Shown here one piece after another: positions 1 to 10,678 of a stretch of DNA of 57,670 nt. Location: positions 1 through 57,670 of the forward strand of contig JBGPOW010000003.1 of the NCBI GenBank assembly GCA_041488235.1. Direction: 5' to 3'. A model generated the notes under the pieces. It saw only the letters and a program-made list of their open reading frames with translations, did no database searches and was not told the DNA's origin. Every line of letters begins with the position of its first letter. The first letter of the stretch is position 1. The position numbers and the translations under genes were made by a program. The stretch comes from Candidatus Binatia bacterium. GTDB taxonomy: Bacteria > Desulfobacterota > Binatia > UTPRO1.

Positions 1-1
1 C

Positions 2-688
2 ATGGGGAACCCCGACCACGCCGGCGAGCTCGTGCGACAGCTCGCGCTCTGGTCGGTACCGCTCCTCTTGGCGGTCATCTTTCACGAGGTTGCGCATGGG
101 GTGGTGGCGCTGCGGTTGGGCGACGATACGGCGCAGCGAGCGGGGCGACTGACGTTGAACCCGCTGCCGCACATCGATCCAATCGGCACCGTGCTACTGC
201 CCGCGCTCTTGCTCGTGGCCGGCGCGCCGGTCTTCGGCTACGCCAAGCCGGTGCCGGTCAACTACGCCAAGCTGCGCGACCCGCGGCGGAGCATGGTGCT
301 GGTCGCGGTCGCGGGCCCGCTGACGAACCTCGTGCTCGCGGCGGTGAGCGCGGTCGTCCTGCGGCAGATCATCGCGTACCTGGAGTCGCTCGCGGACGGC
401 GGTCCCGCGTTCCACGTGCAGTTCGCGACGACGGTGCTCGTGCCGCTCGCGACCATGGCGAAGATCAGCGTCCTCATGAACGTCGTGCTCGCGGTGTTCA
501 ACCTGCTGCCGATCCCGCCGCTCGATGGTGGACGCGTACTCACCGGCATCCTGCCGTACGCCTACGCGCGGCGCGTCGCGTCGCTGGAGCCGTTCGGGTT
601 TTTCATCCTGATGATGCTGCTCATGACGCGCTCGCTCGGCACCGTTCTCGACGTGCCGGTGCGTTTCATCCTGCGGGTGCTCCTGTGA
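2..688 (+). CDS. Site-2 protease family (peptidase M50) membrane metalloprotease
   Basis: HEVAH zinc motif, NPLPHIDPIG, AGPLTN and FNLLPIPPLDGG motifs; hydrophobic; usual position upstream of trpS. Confidence 0.92.
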   Translation: MGNPDHAGELVRQLALWSVPLLLAVIFHEVAHGVVALRLGDDTAQRAGRLTLNPLPHIDPIGTVLLPALLLVAGAPVFGYAKPVPVNYAKLRDPRRSMVLVAVAGPLTNLVLAAVSAVVLRQIIAYLESLADGGPAFHVQFATTVLVPLATMAKISVLMNVVLAVFNLLPIPPLDGGRVLTGILPYAYARRVASLEPFGFFILMMLLMTRSLGTVLDVPVRFILRVLL

Positions 689-1686
689 GCGCCGAGCCCA
701 TGCGCATCGTGAGCGGCATGCGCCCGACCGGGCGCCTGCACCTCGGCCATTTGATCGGGACGCTGCACAACTGGCGGCGCCTGCAAGAGCGCGCCGACTG
801 TTTTTTCTTCGTCGCCGACTGGCACGCGCTGACGACCGATTACGACCGCAGCGAGGGCGTCGCCGCGAACGTGCTCGAGATGGTCATCGATTGGCTTGCC
901 GCCGGCATCGATCCGGCGCGGGCGACGATCTTCGTCCAATCGGCGGTACCCGAGCATGCCGAGCTCCACCTCTTGCTGTCGATGATCACGCCGGTAGGCT
1001 GGCTCGAGCGCGTGCCGACGTACAAAGAGACGCAACAACAGCTCGAGGATCGCGATCTCTCGACGTACGGCTTTCTCGGCTATCCGGTGCTGCAAGCCGC
1101 CGACATCCTGATGTATCGCGCGACCGGGGTTCCCGTCGGCGCCGATCAAGTGCCGCACGTCGAGTTGACGCGAGAGATCGCGCGACGCTTCAATCATCTC
1201 TTCGGCGAGACGTTCACCGAGCCGCAGGCGCTGCTCGCTGAGACGCCGCGCGTGCCCGGACTCGATGGTCGCAAGATGAGCAAGAGTTACGGGAACGCCG
1301 TCTACCTTGCGGACACGGCTGCCGACGTGAAAGCGAAGCTCTCGCGGATGATGACGGACCCGCGGCGTGCGCGTCGCCACGATCCGGGCGATCCGGACGA
1401 TTGCCCCGCGTACAATCTGCACCGCGTCTACTGCACGCCGGAGGAGCTGGCGTACACCGCGCAAGGTTGCCGGACGGCGGGGATCGGCTGTCTCGAGTGT
1501 AAGCAGATCATGATCGCACGCGCCGAGGAGGAGCTGGCGCGGATTCGCGAGCGGCGCGCGCTTCTCGCGCAACGCCCTGACGAGGTGCGCGATCTCCTCG
1601 CGACCGGCACGGCGCGCGCGCGTGCCGCGGCCGCCGAGATGATGGCGCGCGTGCGTGAGCGCGTCGGGTTGAGAGGGGGCGTATGA
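685..1686 (+). CDS. trpS: Tryptophanyl-tRNA synthetase
   Basis: SGMRPTGRLHLGH (HIGH), YPVLQAADIL, VPVGADQ, KMSKS; GTGA overlap with upstream gene. Confidence 0.97.
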   Translation: MSAEPMRIVSGMRPTGRLHLGHLIGTLHNWRRLQERADCFFFVADWHALTTDYDRSEGVAANVLEMVIDWLAAGIDPARATIFVQSAVPEHAELHLLLSMITPVGWLERVPTYKETQQQLEDRDLSTYGFLGYPVLQAADILMYRATGVPVGADQVPHVELTREIARRFNHLFGETFTEPQALLAETPRVPGLDGRKMSKSYGNAVYLADTAADVKAKLSRMMTDPRRARRHDPGDPDDCPAYNLHRVYCTPEELAYTAQGCRTAGIGCLECKQIMIARAEEELARIRERRALLAQRPDEVRDLLATGTARARAAAAEMMARVRERVGLRGGV

Positions 1687-2441
1687 GTTATCAGGTGAAG
1701 CTCGAGGTATTCGAGGGTCCGCTCGATCTCTTATTGCACCTCATCAAGAAAGAAGAGGTCGACGTGTACGACATCCCGGTCGCGCGCATCACCGACCAGT
1801 ACCTCAAGTACGTCGAGCTGCTGCGCGACATGAATCTCGACGTCGCGGGCGAATACCTGGTGATGGCGGCGACGTTGACGCACATCAAATCGCGCATGCT
1901 CCTGCCGCCGTCGGAGACCGATGCCGAGGAGCCGGACGAAGATCCGCGCGCCGATCTGGTGCAGCAACTGCTCGAATATCAGCGCTATCGCGAGGCTGCG
2001 CTCGCGCTCGGCACGCGGTCGCTGTTGTTGCGCGACGTCTTTCGCCGTGAGCCGGAGACGCCGGTGCGTGACGAGGGCGAGGGCGTCCGCCTGCGCGACG
2101 TCACCTTGGCTGATCTCCTCGAGGCCTTTCGCGAAGTGCTCGAGCGCGCGACCCGCGAGAGCTTCCACGAGATCGTGCATGAGGAGATCTCCGTTGCCGA
2201 GTGCGTACAGGTGATCCTCGGCCGGCTCGAGATGGACGGTGCCCTGCGCTTCCGCGACCTCTTCGCCGGTGCGCCGACGCGCCGGCGGCTGGTGGCGACA
2301 TTTCTCGCGCTGCTCGAGCTCGTGAAAACGCAAGCGATACGCGCGTGTCAGGAGGAGGAGTACGGCGAGATTCTGCTCCTGCCGGGCGCGGTTGCCGCGG
2401 GCGAGAATGCGGGGGAGGAGAACGGTCATGGCCGACGATGA
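1683..2441 (+). CDS. scpA: Segregation and condensation protein A
   Basis: FEGPLDLLLHLI, IKSRMLLP, TFLALLELVK motifs. Confidence 0.96.
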   Translation: MSYQVKLEVFEGPLDLLLHLIKKEEVDVYDIPVARITDQYLKYVELLRDMNLDVAGEYLVMAATLTHIKSRMLLPPSETDAEEPDEDPRADLVQQLLEYQRYREAALALGTRSLLLRDVFRREPETPVRDEGEGVRLRDVTLADLLEAFREVLERATRESFHEIVHEEISVAECVQVILGRLEMDGALRFRDLFAGAPTRRRLVATFLALLELVKTQAIRACQEEEYGEILLLPGAVAAGENAGEENGHGRR

Positions 2442-3213
2442 CGATGCGGTGGCGCAGATGGACGACGATGCGGTGCAGGCGGCGGACGAGCGGCTGCTCG
2501 GCATTCTCGAGAGCGTCCTCTTCGCGGCCGGCGAGCCGCTCTCGCTCGTGCGGCTCGGCGAGACCGTTCCCGGGGCGAGCCGTGCCGAGCTCCGTGCCGC
2601 GCTCGGCGAGCTCATGGTGCGCGGCGAGCGCGAGCATCGCGGTATCCGGCTCGTCGAGGTGGCGAACGGATATCAGTTCCGCACCGACCCAGCCCACGCA
2701 GAATGGGTGCGCCGACTGTTTCAGCAGAAGCCGTGGCGCCTCACGCGCGCGACGCTCGAGACGCTCGCGATCGTCGCCTACAAGCAGCCGATCACGCGCG
2801 CCGAGATCGAGACGATCCGTGGCGTCGACGTCGACGGCGTGCTCGCGTCGCTCCTCTCGCGCAAGCTGGTCAAGATCGTCGGTCGGAAGGACGTCATCGG
2901 GCGTCCGCTCCTCTACGGAACGACGCGGCAGTTCCTCGAGGTGTTCGGGTTGCGTGATCTCGCCGGCCTGCCGGCGCTGACGGAAGTCGCGGTCGCGGCG
3001 CCCGAGGCCGTCGGTGCCGGCGCCGCGGCGACCGACGCGACGTGGAGCGGCGATGACAGCGGAAGCGAAATCGACGGGGATCCGACTGCAGAAATGGCTG
3101 GCGGACGCGGGGATCTGCTCGCGACGAGCGGCGGAGGAGCTGATTCGCCAGGGTCGGGTGAAGCTGAACGGCCGCACCGTGACGGAGCTCGGGACCCGGG
3201 CGAGCGCGCGTGA
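2428..3213 (+). CDS. scpB: Segregation and condensation protein B
   Basis: LETLAIVAYKQPITRAEIETIRGV, GRPLLYGTT motifs; ATG 2428 after GGAGGAG; low-complexity C-terminal tail. Confidence 0.95.
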   Translation: MADDDDAVAQMDDDAVQAADERLLGILESVLFAAGEPLSLVRLGETVPGASRAELRAALGELMVRGEREHRGIRLVEVANGYQFRTDPAHAEWVRRLFQQKPWRLTRATLETLAIVAYKQPITRAEIETIRGVDVDGVLASLLSRKLVKIVGRKDVIGRPLLYGTTRQFLEVFGLRDLAGLPALTEVAVAAPEAVGAGAAATDATWSGDDSGSEIDGDPTAEMAGGRGDLLATSGGGADSPGSGEAERPHRDGARDPGERA

Positions 3214-3859
3214 TCGCGTCGCCGTCGACGGGAAGCCGGTAGCGTTCGGACGCGAGCCGCTCTACGTCCTGCTCCACAAGCCGGCGGGCGTCGTGACGAC
3301 GTTGCGCGATCCCGAGGGCCGGCCGACGGTACGCGCACTGCTTCCGCGCGAGGTGCCGCGCATGTTTCCCGTCGGTCGGCTGGACGTGCAATCGACGGGG
3401 CTCCTCGTCCTCACGAACGACGGCGAGCTGGCGGCGCGTCTCCTGCACCCGCGGCATCACGTGCCGCGCACGTACCGCGTGAAGGTGCGCGGCCGACCGG
3501 ACGAGCGCGGGCTCTCCCGATTGCGTCGCGGCGTGCGGCTCGCCGACGGCAAAACCGCGCCTGCCGAGGTGACGGTCGAGAAGGAGCTGCCGACGAAGAC
3601 GTGGCTCCGAATCGTCGTCCACGAGGGCCGCACGCATCTCGTACGGCGTCTGTGCGACGCGATCGGTCACAGCGCGGAGAAGCTGCAGCGCATTGCGTTC
3701 GGTCCGCTTGCCCTCGGTGGGCTGGAGCTCGGCGCCGCCCGCCTGCTCACCGCCGCGGAGATCGCGGCGCTCCGCCGCGCCGTCGGCCTCGGGCGACGTC
3801 CGCCGCGACACGACCGCAGGCCTCCAGCCGCGACGCACGGCGTGCGACGCCGCCGCTGA
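3053..3859 (+). CDS. rluB: 23S rRNA pseudouridine synthase, RluB/RsuA family with S4 domain
   Basis: RLQKWLADAGICSRRAAEELI (S4), HKPAG, PVGRLD with catalytic Asp, EGR; follows scpAB. Confidence 0.9.
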   Translation: MTAEAKSTGIRLQKWLADAGICSRRAAEELIRQGRVKLNGRTVTELGTRASARDRVAVDGKPVAFGREPLYVLLHKPAGVVTTLRDPEGRPTVRALLPREVPRMFPVGRLDVQSTGLLVLTNDGELAARLLHPRHHVPRTYRVKVRGRPDERGLSRLRRGVRLADGKTAPAEVTVEKELPTKTWLRIVVHEGRTHLVRRLCDAIGHSAEKLQRIAFGPLALGGLELGAARLLTAAEIAALRRAVGLGRRPPRHDRRPPAATHGVRRRR

Positions 3860-4161
3860 CGCGATGCGATAGTCCTGCGCAAACGCGCGCGGTCGATGCG
3901 CGTGTGCGCGGCACATTGGCCACATCCGTCACATTCCTGCCCGCCCGTCCACGTTTGAACGCGAGCACGGGTAGCGGTCATCCCAGAAATCCACATGCTG
4001 CGGCGGTATGCGCGGTGGCACGGATCGTGGTGCGTGCGGCGCGCAATCTGCGAGCGCGCGATGACGCGCCGCTCTGGCGTGGAGCGCGAAATTCACCGAG
4101 GTGGAATTGCAAACGATGACGAGTCTTCCTACAAGAGGGTCTGGACGTCGGAGGAGTGGGG

Positions 4162-4461
4162 ATGAGTGACCGCAAGAGCACAGCGTCACTGACCGCGACG
4201 GCGGAGACCGAGCACGGGACCTTTCACGTGTCGGGCACGCTCAGCCCGTACGACGTCGAGAACCTCTACGAGCAGTTCGCGATGCTCGGGCGATCGGAAC
4301 GCGGCGACGTTCGCGTCGACGTGCAGCTCGCGGACGCCGTCGCCAACAGCCCCGAGTTGCGCGCGTTCACGCGGCGCATGAAACGGCTCCGTCGTCACGG
4401 CGTGACAGTGCACTTCTACGCCGCTCGCGGTCGGAAGCGCCCGCCGAACCCGCCGCGTTGA
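4162..4461 (+). CDS. Small hypothetical protein, possibly STAS-like; paralog of 21342..21632
   Basis: GGAGGAG RBS; shares SPYDVENL/TPYDLENL, DVRxxxxL and RLxxxGVxV patterns with the second copy. Confidence 0.65.
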   Translation: MSDRKSTASLTATAETEHGTFHVSGTLSPYDVENLYEQFAMLGRSERGDVRVDVQLADAVANSPELRAFTRRMKRLRRHGVTVHFYAARGRKRPPNPPR

Positions 4462-4488
4462 CACCTCGTACGGCAGCCGCTAGGTAAT
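4458..4488 (+). promoter_or_regulatory. sigma70-type promoter for tRNA-fMet
   Basis: TTGACA 4458-4463, 17-nt spacer, TAGGTA(AT) from 4481; about 25 nt upstream of the tRNA. Confidence 0.55.
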
Positions 4489-4513
4489 CGAGATCGCGCT
4501 CAGGCGCGCTCGT

Positions 4514-4587
<74 letters not shown>

Positions 4588-4639
4588 CTTCCCGACGTGG
4601 TGGCGCAGCGCCGATCGCCACGCCCCCGTCAGTCACGAT

Positions 4640-4672
4640 CGGCGAGGCCCGGCATGCAGTCGGGTCTCGCCG
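4640..4672. terminator. Hairpin between the tRNA and the convergent DUF2889 gene
   Basis: CGGCGAGGCCCGGC-ATGCA-GTCGGGTCTCGCCG, 14-bp stem including G-U pairs; no U-tract. Confidence 0.45.
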
Positions 4673-4734
4673 CCGTCGCTCGCCCCGGGTGGCGACGTTC
4701 ACCGCGAGCTCAGCGCGTCACGGCGACGTGACGA

Positions 4735-5301
4735 TCACGGCTCGGTCGCGATCTCGCGGCGGGGCATCGTCTGCGATCGCCGTCGCAGCGGCGTTCCACG
4801 CTCGACGATGAGCTGCCGGTGCTCGTCGTTGTACGAGAAGCAGGTGTTACGCATGCCCGGAACCGCCTGCAGTACGGCGGCATGCCGTGCGGCGGGAACG
4901 TCCTCGGCCTCGCGCACCTCGCGTGGCAGGCTGCCGAAGAAGCGGACGAAGTGCAGTTGGTACGCTGCCTGCGCGATCTCCACGACGAGCTCCGAGACGC
5001 GGTGGCACCCGGCACTGCCGCCGACGGCGGCACGCGCGGCTTGCGTGAACCCGCGCGCGACGCGCATGCCGACGAGCCTCTCCATGTTCGGGTGCGTGAG
5101 GTTGCAGACGGTCGTGAACGGTCCGTTCCGCACTTCCGAGCGCGCGGCGACGACCTCGAGCGACGGATAGACGATCTCCACCTCCGCGTGGACGTCGTGC
5201 ACCTCGTCGAGGAGGAACGCTTCGATGAGGAAGCGCTCGTCGGTGAGCGGATAGATGTTCACCTCTTTCGTGCGGTGATAGATCGCGGTGATCTCGAGCA
5301 T
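4735..5301 (-). CDS. DUF2889-family protein
   Basis: HRTK...[29 protein letters not shown] motifs; start 5301 supported by an adjacent promoter. Confidence 0.75.
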   Translation of the reverse strand: MLEITAIYHRTKEVNIYPLTDERFLIEAFLLDEVHDVHAEVEIVYPSLEVVAARSEVRNGPFTTVCNLTHPNMERLVGMRVARGFTQAARAAVGGSAGCHRVSELVVEIAQAAYQLHFVRFFGSLPREVREAEDVPAARHAAVLQAVPGMRNTCFSYNDEHRQLIVERGTPLRRRSQTMPRREIATEP

Positions 5302-5390
5302 CGCACGACGATAGCGGCCGAGCGCAGCTCTGCAAAGCACTCGAGTGCGGTTTGAACCCGGCGGCGCGCTCGTGTAGCAGCGGACGACCC

Positions 5391-7067
<1,677 letters not shown>

Positions 7068-7100
7068 GACTGCGGTCGCGGGCGAAGCCGCGACGCGAGT

Positions 7101-7415
7101 CTACGACGCGCGCAGGGAGGCTGGTGCCGACGCCGTGTCGGCGCACGGCGGCGCGACGCCGCCGCTCGCAGTCGCGAAACCGTCGCGCAGGAGGGCGCAA
7201 CGCGTGTCGTCGGCGTCGAGCAGGTCGCACGCGCGCGCCTCGCAGAGCGCCACGCAGAACGTGAACGCGAGCCCGTCGAACGCGTCACACATGCCGGCCC
7301 GCTCCTCCAAGGACATGGGCGGCTCGCAATCGTCGGGAATCGCCGCCGGAGCCGCCGAAACGTTGATGGAGCCGAGAACGGCAGAGGCGAACACGATGGC
7401 GAGTGCGCGGCGCAT
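7101..7415 (-). CDS. Small secreted cysteine-rich protein
   Basis: Signal peptide MRRALAIVFASAVLGSINVSA, seven Cys; sigma54 motif immediately upstream. Confidence 0.6.
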   Translation of the reverse strand: MRRALAIVFASAVLGSINVSAAPAAIPDDCEPPMSLEERAGMCDAFDGLAFTFCVALCEARACDLLDADDTRCALLRDGFATASGGVAPPCADTASAPASLRAS

Positions 7416-7428
7416 GGCGATGGCACTC

Positions 7429-7444
7429 AGCAAGCGTCATGCCG
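7429..7444 (-). promoter_or_regulatory. sigma54 (-24/-12) promoter
   Basis: Minus strand CGGCATGACGCTTGCT = GG-N10-GC with TTGC. Confidence 0.6.
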
Positions 7445-7540
7445 TCTCGCTCCGCGAACTGCATTGACGTTTCGAAGAACGAGGTGTTACGCTGACGGCG
7501 TCTGTCAGCTTTGTGTCACGCGCTTCCCGGAGGACCCCTC

Positions 7541-8452
7541 ATGCGCCCCCTCATCTCGCTCGTCATCTTCTGTTGCATCGCGATCATTCCCCGCGTCAGC
7601 GGTGCCGCTGCGATCTATCGCTGGCGGGACGCGGCGGGCACGCTGCACTTCTCGAACCGCGAAGAGGTCGTCCCCGGCGGCGCATCCGAGGTCACGCTGC
7701 CGCCGCTGCGTGAGCGTGCGACGGCGACACTGGCGGGCGGCGCGGCGACGTCCTTCGGCGTGCCGCGCCTCCGCGCTGCTACGACCGTCGAAGCGCCCGC
7801 GCCCGCACGGCCGCAGCCTTTCCGTCGCGTCGCTGGATGTCGCGAGGCGGACGCGGACGGTGTCGCGAACGCCGTCGCGACGCGGCTCGGACGGCGCGCG
7901 CTCGACGGCCTGACGTTGCTCGTCGGCGGCATTCCGGTCGCATACAATGCCGACGCGCAGATCGTCGTGAAGGGTCCCGACCTCGGTGCGCAGGCAACGC
8001 GCGGAATAACGGAGCAGGCGGCGATCGCGTATCCCGCGGGCTCGCGCTGTCCAGCGCGACCGCCGCTCGAGCGGTACCTGATCGCCAGCGGCCGACGAAC
8101 TCCGTCGCGGCGACTCTGCGACGATTACCGGCGCGCGTTCGCGGAGGTTGGCGTCGCGGTGAGTCGGGATCGTGAGATCGCGCGCTCGTTTCGCGACGTC
8201 GCCGCTGAGTTCGTTCGCGTTGCGGAGCGCGGTCATGCGGCGGGCGGCCGCGACGTGCTCGTGACCGTGCCCGGGGCGCTGAGACCCGTCGCCTACGTCT
8301 CGGAGGAGCGGGTGCCGCTCCCGCCCTGGCTCGTCGAGGCGCACATCGCTCAAACGGGCGAGCTCGGCGCCGAGACGTCGCATCTCGTCGACGAACTCAC
8401 GGTTGCGCTGGAGGAGATCGACGGTGCGGCGCGACGAATGGGGTGTTGGTGA
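7541..8452 (+). CDS. Secreted DUF4124-domain protein
   Basis: Signal peptide, then IYRWRDAAGTLHFSN; GGAGGA RBS. Confidence 0.75.
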   Translation: MRPLISLVIFCCIAIIPRVSGAAAIYRWRDAAGTLHFSNREEVVPGGASEVTLPPLRERATATLAGGAATSFGVPRLRAATTVEAPAPARPQPFRRVAGCREADADGVANAVATRLGRRALDGLTLLVGGIPVAYNADAQIVVKGPDLGAQATRGITEQAAIAYPAGSRCPARPPLERYLIASGRRTPSRRLCDDYRRAFAEVGVAVSRDREIARSFRDVAAEFVRVAERGHAAGGRDVLVTVPGALRPVAYVSEERVPLPPWLVEAHIAQTGELGAETSHLVDELTVALEEIDGAARRMGCW

Positions 8453-8467
8453 CGGTCGGGCGCGCGC

Positions 8468-8749
8468 TCAGTTCCACACACCGAGATTGGTCGAGCGCAA
8501 CGTCTTGGTACATTCCGGACAGGGGATGTCCTGCGCCAGGCCTTCCAGAAGCGTGAGCTGTCCCTGACAATCTTTGCAGCGATGCATGTCGAGCTTCGCA
8601 GAGAGGTCGACGACGGACAGCCGCTTGCAGGCCGGACAGACGCCGAGCCCACCCCAAAAGCGCGTGCGGCCTTCCTTGCCCCATCCAACCCGCAGATGCT
8701 CCGTCGTGAAGCCGCAGCTTCGGCAGCTGAATTCGACGATCGAGCCCAT
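8468..8749 (-). CDS. Small double zinc-ribbon protein
   Basis: 93 aa with four CxxC (CRSC, CPAC, CKDC, CPEC); GGGAGGGG RBS. Confidence 0.7.
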   Translation of the reverse strand: MGSIVEFSCRSCGFTTEHLRVGWGKEGRTRFWGGLGVCPACKRLSVVDLSAKLDMHRCKDCQGQLTLLEGLAQDIPCPECTKTLRSTNLGVWN

Positions 8750-8960
8750 GGCCCCTCCCAGCGACGTTCGAGTGAGCGCAACCGTACGTGGACGCGTTTC
8801 GCGCGTCAAGGAACGGCCGCCGCGTCGCGCCGCAAAATCCCGACGGTCGACAACCTTGCGACGTACATGGTAAGAATGACGCCGTAGTGTTCCTCCGCGG
8901 TGCCGGTTCATTTCAGGGTATGGGTGGTCGGTCCGCGCGAACGACACGGAAAGGAGCCTC

Positions 8961-9179
8961 GTGGCACGAGATGATCTGATTCAAATCCAAGGGCGAGTGG
9001 TGGAGGCCCTCGCCGGCGGGCATTTCCGAGTTCAAGGAGATCAAGGGCATTCGTTTCTCGCCCGGATCAGCGGCCGGCTTCGCCGGTTTCACATCAAGGT
9101 CGTCCCCGGCGACCGCGTGACGGTTGCCGTCTCCCCGTACGATCTGTCGCACGGCTTCATCGTGTATCGCGGTAGCTGA
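8961..9179 (+). CDS. infA: Translation initiation factor IF-1
   Basis: 72 aa; GRVVEAL, ISGRLR, PGDRVTV, SPYDL..G.IVYR; AAGGAG RBS. Confidence 0.95.
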   Translation: MARDDLIQIQGRVVEALAGGHFRVQGDQGHSFLARISGRLRRFHIKVVPGDRVTVAVSPYDLSHGFIVYRGS

Positions 9180-9267
9180 GCGCGCGTAGTCGAGCGTTGG
9201 AAGAGCGCGCTCCCGCCCCGATTTGCGCCCCGTCGTACGCTCCGTCAACATCGATAGAGGATCGTCC

Positions 9268-9765
9268 ATGGACGCGATCGACGTCATCAAGCGCCGCTTG
9301 AAGGAGGAGCGCGTCCCCGACGCGCCCGATCCGGACGACATCAGCGCCAAGAGGAAGCGTCCGCGCGAGGTTGCGTTCATGGACGTGAACCTCTGCTTTC
9401 CCTGCGGCAAGTGTCCCGAGTTCTGTCCGGTGCAATGCATCGAGTACCTCGCGCCGGGGTCGGTACCGAATCGCGGCGTCCAGCCGGTGCAAGACCGGTT
9501 TCAGGAGTGCATCGGTTGTTACATCTGCGTCGAGGTGTGCGCGCTGCTCACCGATTACGACGCGGTCAGGATGTACGATGTCGCGCTCGTCGAGGACGTG
9601 CTTGGGGTGAAGATCGGCGACACGAAACCCGACGAGTACGTTCCGGCGCAGTCTTACGAAGAGTACTTCTCCGAGGGCGGCTCGTACCGCCACCTCGGCA
9701 AGGGCTCGCGTATTCGTGAGAAGATGACCGCGGAGGAGCGTGCCATCTTGAATGCGGCGCGCTGA
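9268..9765 (+). CDS. 2x[4Fe-4S] ferredoxin-like protein
   Basis: CFPCGKCPEFCP and CIGCYICVEVC motifs; charged N- and C-terminal extensions. Confidence 0.85.
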   Translation: MDAIDVIKRRLKEERVPDAPDPDDISAKRKRPREVAFMDVNLCFPCGKCPEFCPVQCIEYLAPGSVPNRGVQPVQDRFQECIGCYICVEVCALLTDYDAVRMYDVALVEDVLGVKIGDTKPDEYVPAQSYEEYFSEGGSYRHLGKGSRIREKMTAEERAILNAAR

Positions 9766-9807
9766 GCGCGCTGCGAAGTCACGCGCGAACGGCGGAGCTG
9801 CTCGGAG

Positions 9808-10080
9808 CTAACGCTCCTCGACGATGCTGGACTCGTGCTCGTCGACCATGCGGCGGAGCTTCTCGAACGCGCGCCGCACCGTGATCGTGTAGCGTTGCTT
9901 TGTCCAGCTGTCCTTCGTCCGCATCCGTAACCATCCCAGCTTCACGGCGTCGGGCTTGTTGCCCATCTCGCCGGTAGCGGCTTCGACGGCGGCCTGCTCG
10001 TCGCGCTCGAGTGCGTCGATGAACTCGCGTTTCACCCGACCGAGCAGCTCTCGGCGTAAATCGATTTTCGGTTCCAACAT
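9808..10080 (-). CDS. Hypothetical helical protein
   Basis: 90-aa ORF with protein-like composition, co-oriented with 10108..10425. Confidence 0.6.
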   Translation of the reverse strand: MLEPKIDLRRELLGRVKREFIDALERDEQAAVEAATGEMGNKPDAVKLGWLRMRTKDSWTKQRYTITVRRAFEKLRRMVDEHESSIVEER

Positions 10081-10107
10081 GATTGACGCTCGCGACGGAA
10101 GCTCGGC

Positions 10108-10425
10108 TCAAATGGTTTGCGATTCGAGCTCGAGACCCTCGAGCGGCACGAGCCACGGGCTGAGTGTTTGCTTCAGCCGGCGTCGCACCGCCGAGACCGA
10201 CCAATCCATTTGGCGACACACCGAGGGGAAGCTGAGCACGTGCGTTTCGGGATCGATGAAGAAGTAGCGAACCGCCGTGTCGCGCTGCCGTGCGTCGGCG
10301 CTGCGCAAGTCGTCGAACGCGGTGCTCACGACGGCGATCATCAGGTGCTCGATGCCGCTCATCTTCTGCAGCGGTCGGCGTGCTTCGAGTGCGGGGGGAA
10401 ATGGGGGAATGGAGCTACGACCCAT
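10108..10425 (-). CDS. Hypothetical protein
   Basis: GAGGAGG upstream; FPSVCRQMDWSVSAVRRRL may be HTH-like. Confidence 0.55.
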   Translation of the reverse strand: MGRSSIPPFPPALEARRPLQKMSGIEHLMIAVVSTAFDDLRSADARQRDTAVRYFFIDPETHVLSFPSVCRQMDWSVSAVRRRLKQTLSPWLVPLEGLELESQTI

Positions 10426-10521
10426 GACGTCCTGCCTCCTCAGCGAACCGCGGCCACTTCCTGCATCGCGCGTGGTCGACGGCGTCGTCGTCGATGCACG
10501 GGGATACTGTGACGGGGCGTT

Positions 10522-10597
10522 ACTATGCGCCTAGCGATCCGCGTAGTCAAACAACATCGTTTTTTGTTTGACAATCAGACGACCTGCGGCCTATGTG
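10522..10597. promoter_or_regulatory. Back-to-back sigma70 promoters sharing an inverted repeat
   Basis: GTCAAACAA(10546-54)...TTGTTTGAC(10564-72); minus strand TTGACT-N17-CATAGT; plus strand TTGACA-N17/18-(C)TATGT. Confidence 0.5.
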
Positions 10598-10615
10598 GGG
10601 CCCGAAGTTACCTGG

Positions 10616-10663
10616 CCCAGCTGCCGCGGTGGGTCTAACCGTCCACAGCGCAGTGGGTTTTTT
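10616..10663 (+). terminator. Terminator-like hairpin with T6 in the 5' leader of the RRM gene
   Basis: CCCAGCTG-C-CGCGGTGG...CCACAGCG-CAGTGGG-TTTTTT between promoter and RBS. Confidence 0.5.
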
Positions 10664-10678
10664 GCGTTTGGAGGAACG

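Noticed and set aside
4016-4030. TGGCAC box upstream of the PYDxENL gene as a sigma54 promoter
   Set aside because: The -12 position reads GTGG, not TTGC.
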